A DNA stretch of 64,000 nt from Octopus sinensis (GCF_006345805.1 NC_043016.1:6820001-6884000); one strand, 5' to 3'. Shown: positions 49,635 to 63,063, numbered from the stretch's first letter. Made by a program: numbers and translations. The notes: a model not told the origin generated them from the sequence alone.

Positions 49635-49710
49635 AATCTATATATATATGTATGTATGTATGCATATATATGCGCACATACTTACACACATACACACACA
49701 CACACACATA

Positions 49711-50293
49711 CAGGGGTTGGACAAAATAATGGAAAAACACCTTAACATTTCTAGCAAATTATTTTAATATGGAATAGGACCCGCCTTTGGCAGTAATTAC
49801 ATATTGAATTCTACGAGGTATGGACTCGTACAAAGTTTGAATTGTTTCCAAAGGAATTTTTGTCGATTCTTCAGCTAAAACAGTCTCCAGTTCTTGTAGT
49901 GATGATGGCAGAGGATATCAACTCCTTAATTGTTTTTTTAAAATGCACCATAAATGTTCAATAATATTGAGATTTGGGGACTGTGGTGGCCAGATAACAT
50001 GCTCAACTTCCCTAGAATGTTCCCCGTGCCATTCAGTAACAACTTTAGCTGTGTGAATTGGTGCATTATCATCTTGAAAGATTGCGTTTCTCTCTATAGG
50101 ATGAATTTTATCAGATAAAATATTTAAATAGTCTTGACCATTGGGTCGGCGGATTTCCAATATATAGTCCCCAAAACATATAAAGAAACACTAATAATAA
50201 ATCAAAAACATTAAAATAAACAAAATTTTGACGGTTTTATAGATATTTCAAAATTATGATGCTAGGCGTTTCAATTATTTTGACTAATCACTG
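49711..50293 (-). mobile_element. Internally deleted Tc1 transposon (DD34E fragment), TA TSD
   Basis: TA|CAGGGGTTGGACAAAATAATGGAAA ... TTTCAATTATTTTGACTAATCACTG|TA (20/25 inverse match). ORF 49918..50160 contains FQDDNAPIH and WPPQSPNLNIIEHLW. Confidence 0.9.
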
Positions 50294-50464
50294 TATATAT
50301 AGATAATATATATTATATATATATATATTATATATATATGCATATATGTATATATATATATTATGTATATATATTTATGTATGTATATATATGTATACAT
50401 ATATATATATATATACATATTATACATATTACATATATATATATATAATATATAATATATATAT

Positions 50465-50499
<35 letters not shown>

Positions 50500-50500
50500 G

Positions 50501-50550
<50 letters not shown>

Positions 50551-50552
<2 letters not shown>

Positions 50553-51138
50553 AATTAAGACTGAAACACGAAAAGTGGACAGTCAACATGATAGATAAGA
50601 CGTCAAATCGCCATCACAACAAAAGATTATGTTCTCAGATCAAACTCAACACAAAACCATAGCAATAAACAAGTGAAAAATATACGAAATAAAATAATTA
50701 CCCATGTACTAAATTAGACCTTAATAAATTTTATATAAATAAATATGTCTATACCGATAAATTAACTGCTGCTAATTATTAGCTGCAGGCTAGTTTTTCG
50801 GGTCCAACGCCAAAGTAAAGGCATTTGAAAGATATATTCTAATGTAATAGGCTGAACTCCATGCACGCGATATTTCGGTATCGTGTTTGCATCTAGTCCA
50901 ACAAATTACATTTATAACGGACCATGCTGATGATGGCTGCAGTTTTCCTTGCGGAAAATAACACTGAAACAACTAATTTAGTACATGGGTAATTATTTTT
51001 TCGTATATTTTTCACTTGTTTATTGCTATGGTTTTGTGTTGAGTTTGATCTGAGAACATAATCTTTTTGGTGAATGGCGATTTGACGTCTATATCTAGCA
51101 TGTTGACTGTCCACTTTTCGTGTTCAGTCCTTAATTGG
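50551..51138. repeat. Foldback element with ~166-bp inverted arms in (TA)n
   Basis: 50551..50717 is the inverse of 50973..51138. The spacer contains CTGATGA-TGGCTGCAG..AAAC, a partial hammerhead core at 50927..50970. Confidence 0.85.
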
Positions 51139-51320
51139 TATATATAAATATTTTAATCTTCGGATTCTTTTTTAATATGCTAGACCACTGGTCTTAATTG
51201 ATAAATATCAATTTCTACCCTTAATTAATTTTATATATCTATATATATATATATAGTATATATATATATATATATAATATATATATATATATTATACGTA
51301 AAATATATATATGGTACACT

Positions 51321-51699
51321 TTTACTTGTTTCAGTCATTTGACTGCCGCCTTTAGTCAAGTAAATCGACCCCAGGACTTATTCTTTGTAATCCCAATACT
51401 TATTCTATCGGTCTCTTTTGCCGAACCGCTAAGTGACGGGGACGTAAACACACCAGCATCGGTTGTCAGCAATGCTAGGGGGACAAACACAGACACACAA
51501 ACATATACACACACACATATATATATACATATATATGACGGGCTTCTTTCAGTTTCCGTCTATCAAATCCACTCACATGGCTTTGGTTGGCCCGGGGCTA
51601 TAGCAGAAGACACTTGCCCAAGATGCCACGCAGTGGGACTGAACCCGGAACCATGTGGTTGGTAAGCAAGCTACTTACCACACAGCCACTCCTGCGCCT
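51321..51699 (-). mobile_element. Full-length SINE family A
   Basis: Minus: TAGGCGCAGGAGTGGCTGTGTGGTAAG (A-box-like) .. GGTTCAGTCCCAC (B-box-like) .. central (TG)n .. GACTGAAACAAGTAAA. Confidence 0.9.
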
Positions 51700-51851
51700 A
51701 GTGAATTTTTATTTAGAAATTTCACGACCAGTGGCCTAGCATGTATAAAAAGTCAATAGACAACATATTCTCAATATAAAATAGTGTACATTTAAACACA
51801 AGAGAAAACTGCCTTCAACAGGCAGTTTTTACACGCTAGAACTAATCAAAA

Positions 51852-52253
51852 CGACCAAAACCACTTTTAAGAGCAATCTTTAAAAGGAATGAAAAATAAA
51901 AACTTTTACCTTGTTATTTTTTATTCCGGTCAGACATAGGTTTCTAAATTTTTTTAGCAAATAAAATAATTTCCTAGGCGAATTGTTCATCAGTCACCGC
52001 GCCATAACACTGAAACTGCGCTTGTGCGGTGAATTTGAAAAAATATAATGTATAACGAAGAAACACTTGTTAATCGTCTCTTAATTATATGACAATGTTA
52101 TGGCGCGGTCACTGATGAAAAATTTACCTAGCAAATTATTTTATTTACTGAAAAAATTTAGAAACCTATGTCTGACCGGAATAAAAATAACAAGGTAAAA
52201 GTTTTTCATTTTTCATTTCTTTTGAAGATTGCTCTTAAATGTGGTTTTGGTCG
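51852..52253. repeat. Foldback element with ~158-bp inverted arms
   Basis: 51852..52009 is the inverse of 52096..52253. Followed by degenerate hammerhead-like CTGAAGA..GCTACCGAATAATTGTC (52266..52314). Confidence 0.85.
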
Positions 52254-52404
52254 ATGGCCGGATAACTGAAGAGATGGCGGCGTGGAGTTTTATCTTGGCT
52301 ACCGAATAATTGTCACATATTTACAGATAAATTCCTTTATTTACATAATATCGAGGTCTATTTCTTTCTTTTGTTGTCTTACCATTTTTATCAACGTATA
52401 TATC

Positions 52405-52718
<314 letters not shown>

Positions 52719-52754
52719 AGCATGGCCGCAGCTCTGAGCTGAAACTAGAGAGAA

Positions 52755-52790
<36 letters not shown>

Positions 52791-52798
52791 GGATCTTT

Positions 52799-53536
52799 GT
52801 GGTTTTCGTCACTGATTACAAATTAATTTTCGATATAAATTCATACTTAAAAAGTTATTAGCCTCTAAAAATTGCAAACTTTGGGTATTTTAGCCAATCA
52901 GAAGCGAATATTTTGCACATCACCGTGGCGAAAAGCTCTCTTTCCATTGTACCCAAAGAAGCTGCGCACGCGCACAAGGAAAAAAAGGGAGATACAAGAA
53001 AGATAATCTTCTTACTCTAATACTCTTGTGTTTTTCTCCGTCAGAACATACGAATGAGAAAGGAAAGGGTGATAGACGAATGAGGAAGGAAGGGGTGATG
53101 GCAAACTTGTGTTAGGTGCGTTTCGACTCTCTGTGAGTATATGTGTGTGTATGTAAACGGGAGGTACGTAAATGTTTGTGTGTGTGTTTGTGTGTGTGCG
53201 TGTGTGCAATGGAAGTGGTATGGTGAACATTCAACGCTGAAAAGAAAAAATCAAACAGTGTTTCAACTCTGTGTGAGTATATGTGTGTATGTGTGTGCGT
53301 GTACAAGGGAAGTAGTAACGTTTTTCCCTGATGATGGAAAAGGTAGCGAATGCGCTTAAAATGTTTGATTGGCTAAAAATTCTAAAAAATTATCAAGCTT
53401 TGAACACCTGTAACATTTTTGCAAAATTTTTCTGGAACAAATGAATAACAAATCTGGATCCAGCGTCAAAAATTATATTTATAGGATACATATGAAAAAT
53501 TTTAAAAGATAATTGTAAACGGTGACGAAAACCACT
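52799..53536. mobile_element. Non-autonomous TIR element; interior related to 47860..48090
   Basis: GTGGTTTTCGTCACTGATTACAAATT is the imperfect inverse of AATTGTAAACGGTGACGAAAACCAC. Internal IR TTTTAGCCAATCA / TGATTGGCTAAAA. Superfamily not determined. Confidence 0.6.
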
Positions 53537-55100
53537 TATATACATACAGGGTAGGCCAAAAGCCGCCCGACAGTAAATAAAAATTCCATGAATAGTCAAA
53601 ATGGAATTGTATTTATTCATTCCAATTATGAATTCTTTGAGTTAAAATCACCATTTTTCTTTTTCAACATTTGTCTTTTTATTAGCGAAGTCTCATATAA
53701 AATAATTTTTTGTTTTAATCTTGGAATTAAATGGGTTTTGATTTACTGTTAGGTGACTTTTGGCCAATCTTGTATACATACATGCATATAAGAGAACAAG
53801 GTGTACGTTACGCAGCAATAATTTATATATAAAAAATATATATAAAAATACAAAATGGGACAAGAACGCAAAATATTCAAATAGACAACACAAAAAACGG
53901 ACGGGTCATTCGAAGCCTCTAATCTTCAGTAAAGAACCGGATCATCCTCGCAATTTCGGCTAATTAATCTTGAGATTGCTCCGATCTGGCCAGCCCCAAG
54001 GAAAAACTAAGCTACGAGCATTAGATTTCTTGGAAAAAAGGATCGAATGTATACGAAACAGGGACAAAAAAACGGACGATGCCACATACATGCATACATA
54101 TATACATACCTACATACAAACATACATACATACACGTACATACACGCATACACACAAACATATATAGATACATACATACACACATACAGATATGTTTGTA
54201 TATATAGATACATACAAACATGCATCCATCCATCCATCCATCCATCCATGCATACATACATACATACATACATACATACATACATACATACATACATACA
54301 CACATACATACATACATATACACACACGTGTATGTGTATGTATGTATGTATGTATATATGTATGTATTGCATGTGTGTATGTATGCATGTGTGTATATAT
54401 ACATGTGTCTATATATACAAACATATCTGTATGTGTATGTGTATGTATCTATATATGTTCGTGTGTATATGTATATCACTCCAGATCTGAGGACCTTCAG
54501 TCTATTTAGACAACTTTTAGACCATATAGAATGAAAAGAAAGGGGTAAAAAAACATCACAGAACAACCATCCAGCTGCTACCACCTCAACTGTTACCCTA
54601 GTGTCACTAGTGTCATGTTCTTTGAAAGAACACAATCAATATTATTTGTATATAGTTGTTAAATTATTTTGTTTCTCGTAGTCCCTGTCTGGCCGTGTTT
54701 ACTTTCAAAACTCAACCTAAAAATACAACAGAGATAACGAAACCTTTTAGTAATAAATTACCCGAGCAATGCAAGACCAACCTCTGTCTCTGTCGCTCTT
54801 TGTCTCTTTCTCCTGCACCGCTTCCTTCTCTCCTTTTTCTCCTTCCTCTCTGACCGAATTATTTTGATTATCACAAATAATTATGAATTCAATCGTTTCA
54901 TGCCTTTAATTGCATATAAAATGTAAATAAACACTTTTAATGAACAAACGAACATGTACGCGCACGCATACACTCATACACATATACGCACACACACTCA
55001 AAGCTATATATACCAGTTATCTCTCTTTCTAATATATGCATGCACCTCCACGAAACCCTATAAAGTTGCTCGTTTTCTCGTTTCTTGGTGAGTGTGTGTA

Positions 55101-55133
<33 letters not shown>

Positions 55134-55230
55134 GAAAATGACCAAAATCGGTCCGGGTGGGGTTAAGGAAGGGAAGAAATGGTAGTGAGAAAAAATTAGG
55201 ATATTTTTTCAGTATACCCCTGAGGACAGA

Positions 55231-55279
55231 AAGTGAAAGAGAGGAGAAAGTGAAAGACGTGTATATGAAATGGACGTTT

Positions 55280-55354
<75 letters not shown>

Positions 55355-55489
55355 TGAAAGTGTTTGTTATCATGTATGTACTTTTTGCATATATGTGTAA
55401 GTGGTACTCACTCATTCGCTCTCTTACATTATCGTTCATATACACGTACATACATAAATACATATGCATACATCTCTTTTTTGTATGCA

Positions 55490-55520
<31 letters not shown>

Positions 55521-55684
55521 GAGAGTGAAGGGGTGTGTCTAAGTGGCACACTCTCTCTCTCTCTGTCTTTCTGACACACACACACACACATACACACACA
55601 CACATGCACGCACATATACAAAAAGATGTATGCATATGTATTTATGTATATACATTTACACGACAACACAACTCTTCGTTCTCT

Positions 55685-55726
<42 letters not shown>

Positions 55727-55780
55727 AGTCCATTTCATATACACGTACATACATCTTTTACTGTCTCCTCTTTCACTTTA
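55231..55780. repeat. About 550-bp nested palindrome built of microsatellite blocks
   Basis: Outer arms AAGTGAAAGAGAGGAG..ACGTGTATATGAAATGGAC / GTCCATTTCATATACACGT..CTCCTCTTTCACTT. Inner arms TACATAAATACATATGCATACATCT / AGATGTATGCATATGTATTTATGTA. Centre at about 55538. Confidence 0.8.
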
Positions 55781-56826
55781 AAACAAAAGGAAATGAATAA
55801 AAAAATTTTACGGAAATTAACGAACAATCATATAGTCCGATTTGATCAAATTTTGACAGTCCTGGTGAGTATACCAAAGAATGCTAAAATTAGACTGTGG
55901 TGAAAAAGAAATTGGAAAAAATCACCGTCAAAACGGAGAAAAGTTTAACATGTGGGTGTTCTGATCTGAAATACTGCCAATATTGAAATTTGCCATTACT
56001 CATTTTGCCCCAATTTAGACATCATTTTTTGAGAATGGAAAATTATATAATTAGACATTAGTGTAGGAAAAATTGACATGGAACCCAAAAAAGCAAAGGA
56101 TATTAATTGTTAAACACCAAAAATTATCAACCTCAATTGCAATCGGGTCGAAGTTGAGATATTTCTTGAAAGAAAAGTACCTGTTACATGACTGTTTTAA
56201 AACTCTCGCAACTTCAACAACAACTATGCTGATCAATTTTTACTCCCAAAGATGATGCAACAGAACAAATGTTGTAATACTTGCAAAATAACATTTTCAA
56301 GCAAATAGAATGACAAGAAATCAGAAATTACTTATTTTGCCCCACCATTTATGGAAATTTCGGATGATTGATGATTTGGAATAGTACAAAATGACGAAAA
56401 ATATAGACAAAAGAAAGAAAAAAGTTCGATTTAATGAAAAAACATTTGAGAATATATGTAATAATTCTAAAGCAAAAAAAAAAGAAATCGCTTTTAGCTT
56501 TTGTTAGATGTAATTTTATAACGAAAGCTAAATTCAAAATTTATATTTGAGAACATTTCTTGTTCGTTCATAAAGCAAGACCACTTTTCAATGCCTCATA
56601 AAAATAATGAAGTTTAAAAGTGCCAGTATATGTATGTGTATGTGTGCGTCGGTGTGTGTGTGTGTATGTGTGTGTGTGTGTGTGTGCGTACGTGTGTGTG
56701 TGCGCGCGTCCACGAGCATTTAATTTGAGGGTCATTGTTCAGTTATGCGCTGAAAAAACAAATTTAAACTTTTTTGTTAAACTGTTTCTGTTTCTATTCA
56801 TTCGTACTTACATACATGCACGCGCG

Positions 56827-56870
<44 letters not shown>

Positions 56871-56929
56871 CTCACACATTCATACGTCAATTATAATCTA
56901 CTCGTTTTATTGCTTGTTGTATGAACTAG

Positions 56930-57700
56930 GAGAGAGAATGAAAAACATGGTGAGAGTAAAAAAGTGCAGAGGTGAACGGTCCAACACGGTGAGGGTTTGT
57001 TTTAGTTGGTGGTGAAGGTGGAAGAGGAAGGATTTATAGTTAGGCATGCCAGAAAGGAAAAACCGAAAAAAAAAGAGAAAGAGAGAGAAAAAGTTTAAAT
57101 GGAGAGAGAGTTATTAACGTACGTCAAGTTCAGAAAGTTCAAAAATCGTGGTAGATTAAAGCGATTTACATCAACGAAAATTGCCAGTGAGGTCAGTGGA
57201 GATAGATTCCGAAAGTGTACGAAGATCCGGTGGAATACTGGTTATGTGGATGAGGAAGTAGTTAAGATGGAAGTTCATAAGAGTAGGATGTTCAGTCAGG
57301 AAGGATCAAACTGGGATAACCAGGTGAGCGTATAATGTATAGTTCAAATTTACAGAAAAACAAAAGACGAATACAAATGTAGGAACAACAAGCAGGTGTA
57401 TTAGTTTAACACTCGAGGAAAATGGAAATGTCTTTCACGTTTCGATCCCACGCTCTTCGACAGAAAGAATTAAGGGGCAAAAAATGAAGAGAGATTTTTA
57501 AAAAATGGAGAGAGAAAAAAGTGCTGAGTTCAACGGTCCAGTATGGCGAAGGTTTTTGAAGTTGTAGTGAAGGTGGAGGAGGAAGGATTTATATTTAGGT
57601 GTGCTGGAAAAGGAGAGAAAAAGAGGGAAAGAGAGAAAAATATTAAAATGGAGAGAGATTGACAACGTTATTAGCGTACGGAATTTAAAAGTTCACTATA
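56930..57700 (-). repeat. PLE-related element with ~200-bp direct repeats bracketing a hammerhead-like motif
   Basis: 56930..57150 resembles 57500..57700 (AAAAAAGTGC.GAG.T.AACGGTCCA..GTGAAGGTGGA.GAGGAAGGATTTATA). Motif at 57430..57468. Confidence 0.6.
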
Positions 57701-57739
57701 TCTATGTATATCTAGTATATATAAATTACAGTATGTGTA

Positions 57740-58110
57740 TGTATATTGACTAACGCATACATTTCCACAATTCACCAAACTTTACACATACATTACTTAT
57801 GTGCCAAGGATGGTCATGCACTATAACATTTTGCCCATAGTACCGCGTAAATGGACAAACCGGGAAAAATGATGTTTGACACAGATTTTTCTATAATTCG
57901 TTGTATGTACATAGTTATTTTGTATGTTCACAGTTGTTTTGTTTGTAGGGTCTTCCATGCTTTTCTAATATATATAGTCGTATATTGGCATTAGAGAATA
58001 ATTCTTAGTGGTTTTAACACCAGCGACGGTGATTAAATTGACTAGGAACACTGTACAATTTTAATCTCCATATTTAAACCGCATCAAACTTTGACAAGCT
58101 TACCTTTACC
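57740..58110 (-). mobile_element. Highly decayed PLE endonuclease-region relic
   Basis: Minus translation IKIVQCS..I.S....KPL and SNIIF are weakly reminiscent of the PLE C-terminus. Low confidence. Confidence 0.3.
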
Positions 58111-58827
58111 TATTCTGAGTTACTTGAAAGGTGATGTTCCATTCTCTCTCTTCTATTTGTTGATACATTTGTTTACTTACCAATGCGTTGTTTCACTTTA
58201 AGGATGCTTATTTACCCATCCATTATGATATTTCGAACGCGACATCTTTTCACAGCGAACTGCTTAAGATTCAAAGCAGTATTCGTGAATTGAAGTCAAA
58301 CTCTTCATGCCTTCATTTCTTGTTACCTGAAAGTCAGTTTCAGAGTGGTCGTACACTAGAAGCACGTAGCAAATACATTCCTTAAACTCTGCTTCTTCAA
58401 GTAAGTATTATATTACCACGTTTAAAAGTACCAATCATACCTCTCTCCGAAAAATAGCTCCCTTGATTGTTGAATAAAATAAACTCGCAGAGGGGATGTT
58501 TCGCCGTCTTCCTTCAATCTCCTACACCATTTATGTGGCTGTTTCTGACATGAAATTTAACTTTCATATAAAACAACTATATTTTGTAGTCATTATCCGT
58601 AATCTACTCCCCAAAAACACTTCAGTAGCTCTGCTTTGCATCGCTTTCAAACTTATGTTCTATGATCATCAAAGTGCAATGACCTCAACAATAACCAGCC
58701 TTCAATTTTGTTTTCTCTTCCTAGGTTAATCGAAAACATAGATTGCTGTGCTACTCATAAACTTACTCGATAGTTCAATTATTTGGTGAAAAAAAATACG
58801 ACTAAGGCAACTTAAACCATTTGTTAG

Positions 58828-58901
<74 letters not shown>

Positions 58902-58930
58902 GGTGAGTTAAGTTAGAGGTAATAATAACC

Positions 58931-59163
58931 TATTTCTTTACTCCCCACAAGGGGCTAAACACAGAGGGGACAAATAAGGACAGACATATGTATTAAGTCG
59001 ATTACATCGACCCCAGTGCGTAACTGGTACTTATTTAATCGACCCTGAAAGGATGAAAGGCAAAGTCGACCTCGGCGGAATTTGAACTCACAACGTAGCG
59101 GCAGACGAAATACCGCTAAGCATTTCACCCGGCGTGCTAACGATTCTACCAGATCGCCGCCTT
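58931..59163 (-). mobile_element. Full-length SINE family B (B1 tail) with 15-bp TSD
   Basis: GAGGTAATAATAACC (58916..58930) / GAGGTTATAATAACC (59164..59178), 14/15 match. Confidence 0.9.
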
Positions 59164-59628
59164 GAGGTTATAATAACCGTCTAAGGGATACTTGCTCTTT
59201 TTCACCGCTATAATAACATAGTTACAGAAATAAGTCTCATTAACAGGTTGAAGAAAGTCCGTTTCCTTGTTTGATTTTATGTTTTCGTTTCTCGTGTTCT
59301 ACGTTTATTTGTGGTGTCCTGTACTCATGTATGCATGTATATATACATATAGATGTAGGTATGTACATATATGTATGTATGCATATGTTTTAATTATTAA
59401 ATTGTTATTATACATATATATATATATATATGTGTATATATATACATACATATATATACACATACATAGATGTGTATATATCTCAGTGTATGTACATGTA
59501 TGTATAAGGTACTGTTTTTCTTACAGACGGTGACCCTACTATACTGTGTAGTCAACAAAACCAAAAACAAACTGTGCACGCGCGAAATAAAAATATAAAA
59601 TGGCAACAATTTATTCATCGCATTCTGA

Positions 59629-59670
<42 letters not shown>

Positions 59671-59712
59671 ACACACACACCACAGACACACACACACCAC
59701 ACACACACACAC

Positions 59713-60850
59713 ACATAACTTAGGTAACTTTGATGCGTTTTGGTTAAAGATTGACCCAGGCCATGTCTAATTTAATAACACCTCATAATTGGTTCTGTTA
59801 AGTCGTTTTAAGTCAAATTTTATGGTATCATAGCCCATTCCAGTAGGGAGTTGTTGACTGAGATGTATCCAGGTATAAGTGGCTTATCTGATAAAGAAAT
59901 TTGTCCATGTTTCGTTTCAAGGTAATGGGATCATTTTCTTGTTTCTTTTGATTTCGAATAATGGTAGATAGACCAGGGCTTGTTGAGGAAAAGAAATTGT
60001 GTCACAGTGAACTTGTGTGTAGTGAGCCTGAATTGTATAGGGTATGTCTGGCACGTGGTCCCAACTTTGGATGAATTATGAATTTAATGTTAAGGTCGTT
60101 TGGGCAATGATGTAGCGCTCACGGCGACGCTGGAGAGAGTAAAGATTCAATGTTTTAAGCTGGTCCCAATAATCAAGATCAGTCATGTCCTCAATTCTTT
60201 TAGCGAATGCTCTCTGAGATGACACAATTTTCGTGCTGCTTTGTTTGAAGTGGAGAGACTACAGGGGAGAGCCGTACGAAAGAAGAGAGGAGGGGAAGGA
60301 TAACATCTTGCTCTTTGGACCGGAAAGTTCTGAAAGACCAGGAGCTCATCCTGCAAGATATATCGACTTTATTGTTGATGTGGGAATTCCAGCTGAGATT
60401 GCTGTCACCAATCACTCATAAGTTCCAGATATTACTGATGTTGTGAATAGTTCTCCTGAAGGAAGTGAATATGGTAGTTCGATCGCAGTCTTTTTACCAA
60501 AATGCACCAGTTCAGATTTTCCCTCCTTTAACCGTATTTCATTTTTGTCTACCCATTGGCATTCAGCATGTTGATCAGACTGGAGTTCAGTTCGGCCTTC
60601 TCCATTGATAATTTTCCTAACCCAACTAGTGTTTGAACCAGCAGGACAAAATGAAGCAATCCTGGATCTGATATTAACAAAATAATCTAGCTCCATCCAT
60701 AGCAATTCACTTGAAAAACTCTTCTCTCTGGCTGCCACATGATACTCTGAAACCTTAGTTTCCAGCATACCAAAACCAAAATAATCACTTTCGATCCACT
60801 TTCGTGGTGAATTATATACACCAAGGCGCTGAAGCGTAAATGTATGTTGA
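59713..60850 (-). mobile_element. CR1/L2-group LINE relic (RT C-terminus), internally deleted
   Basis: ELQSDQ...WVDKNEIRLKEGKSELVHFG; DSNLSWNSHI...SFRTFRSKEQDVILPL.SSFVR; LDYWDQLKTLNLYSLQRRRERYII. Confidence 0.75.
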
Positions 60851-62299
60851 AGATAAATAAGCTTGCTCTTTTTCACCGCTATAATAAGTTTCATAGTTAC
60901 AGAAATATGTCTCATTAACAGGTTGAAGAAAATGAAAAAAAAAAAAAGAAATTATTTACTAAATTAGTTTATTTACGTACATTTAATATTTACAGTGCAT
61001 TTATAAGTCAAAGAAAATTGTCGTAGAGAGTTACGACATAAAATTTATATTACTAATTCTTCCATACTAAGTTACTAGACAATTCAAAATAGTCTTGTTG
61101 AATTAAGTAACAGACATGGCATAAAAAAGCCAATATCTTAAAAGAGTGTCGTGGAAATGAGTGACAACTAACGGACACTGATTGAGAATGTCGTGGAGTC
61201 GAGTGACAGCCAACGATCACAAATTAATCTCCCAAAAATCAGGGTTTTTATAACTGCTCATACCTGAATTCTAAGAAACGTATTTCATAAAATATTTCTC
61301 TTTGACGAAAGTTTAGAATTCAAATATGGGCAGTAATTTTAACCAATTGGAAACTAACAATTATACCTATTCTGGCAACATGACCATTACGCCATATTAC
61401 CGCCGATAAAAGTTTATTATTATGACTTGCGTCGCGACATAAGCATTCAACCAGAAAAAATTGTTAAAATTTTACGAAAAAAGAATATTAATAATACAAA
61501 TATATTCCAATACATAGTTGGAATTAATATTTTAGCAAGCCAAATATACAAATTAGCAAATGTATCCACATGTTAAGCATATGAAAATAACCGCGCGTCA
61601 CGGTTTCACAATAATACAGCGTTCTTGTAAAGCTTAGCAAACTGTTCAATCTAATTTCTCTGGAAAAAAGTTATAAATCTTAAAAAAAAAAAAATTCAGG
61701 AATATAAAAGTCCATTAGTAATATATTCAAACAAAGTGAGAAAGTCTTTTGGGAAAATGTACAATTCTACCACTTTTAGTTTTCTTTCCGCTGGTAGGTA
61801 ATTTTAAAATTGGCTTGGGGATCTTTTTTTTTTTTCAACCTTAAGTTCGTCGTTTTGTGAAATGTTCTGTTTCAAGTTATTTTGAAATGTGTTGCTCAAA
61901 TTTTTATTCTCGTAATATGAAGACTGGTCGAAATAAACTTTTTAAACTCTGTCTAAACTGAAAACTTCCTTTTTACCATGCATATCCAAGGTCATAGTTA
62001 TATCTTTCATTGACAAATCTTTAAAAGCTCCAGTATATTTATAATTCAGTTAATGATGACCGACATCATTACGTACAAATACACGAGTCCAAGAATTAAT
62101 ATCAGAAGGGACGAAACTTTTAGTATTTTGTAATTCACTTGTAAAAGAAGGAACATCACTCTCAGTGTTCGCAGGTTGTTACTCATTTCCACGACACTGC
62201 AAAAAACTGTTTAGTGATCCTCGAAGAAACATTCAATTCGTTGATCGGGTTGTACCAGAGTACGGTGTGATTTTTATATTTCCTTTTGTGTGTATTTGA

Positions 62300-63045
62300 T
62301 GTATTCTATATTGCTGTGTTGTGTTCAGGTGGGAGTTTTTTTCGGTAGAAGGGTTGGTAATTTGATTATTGTTATATGACCGTAGTGGTGTTTTGGGCCG
62401 ATGTAATTTCTGTAGGTATGTGTTCTACTTGATTGGTTACCGTCGTTTTGTGTGTGTCGTATATTTGTGTGTTGTTTTCATGTATGTACTTAATCCGTTC
62501 TCCGAATCCTGTACTTGCTAAAGCCTCATTATAATAGGATGCTTGCAAGTTGAATATTCCTTCACTGGCAGACAATCGGAATATCCTAGTCTAAATATTA
62601 TTTACTAGCTCCCATGTAATGGATGCTGGATGATTAGACATGGCATTAATGTATTTTAAGCTGGCATTAGGTTTGTGGAATGACTTGTATAGGCCGGTGT
62701 CAAGGTTGAATGTGGTATCCAGGAAGTTAACACTGCAGCATTCAGTTTCTGATGATGGTTAGTCATACATTTTTAGATATCTTAAATAGTTTTTTTTCTT
62801 ACGCCATTCTACGTCTACGTTTGTGTTGCGGTTCAAGTAGAAGAAAGTATAGTTCCTATATAGGCTGGGAGTGTGGCTTGCATTAGGGATAGGATGTAGA
62901 CGCCAACCAAACCAGAGACTTGTGCGGGGTTGGATGATCCCATCTCTATATCAAAGGCGTCAGCTCCATCTACTACGCACCAGAGTTTACCGTCAAAATC
63001 TATCAACGTACCTCTAGCCACTAGTATTATATCAGTTTCCTGACA
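62300..63045 (-). pseudogene. Second Penelope-like RT relic
   Basis: ARGTLIDFDGKLW...FDIEMGSSNPAQVSGLVGVYIL; AAVLTSWIPHSTL...YKSFHKPNA (FLD.T..Y.PY.KPN region); SASEGIFN..ASYYNEALASTGF. Confidence 0.7.
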
Positions 63046-63063
63046 GGATGAATCGGTATCTAT

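Noticed and set aside
51640-51699. tRNA gene-like A/B boxes (also at 41477 and 21650)
   Set aside because: These are heads of multi-copy SINEs; no complete cloverleaf could be formed.
53895-53965. Hammerhead candidate CTGAAGA..TTCGAATG on the minus strand
   Set aside because: No convincing stem II or GAAA. It is part of a repeat, but the motif is unsupported.
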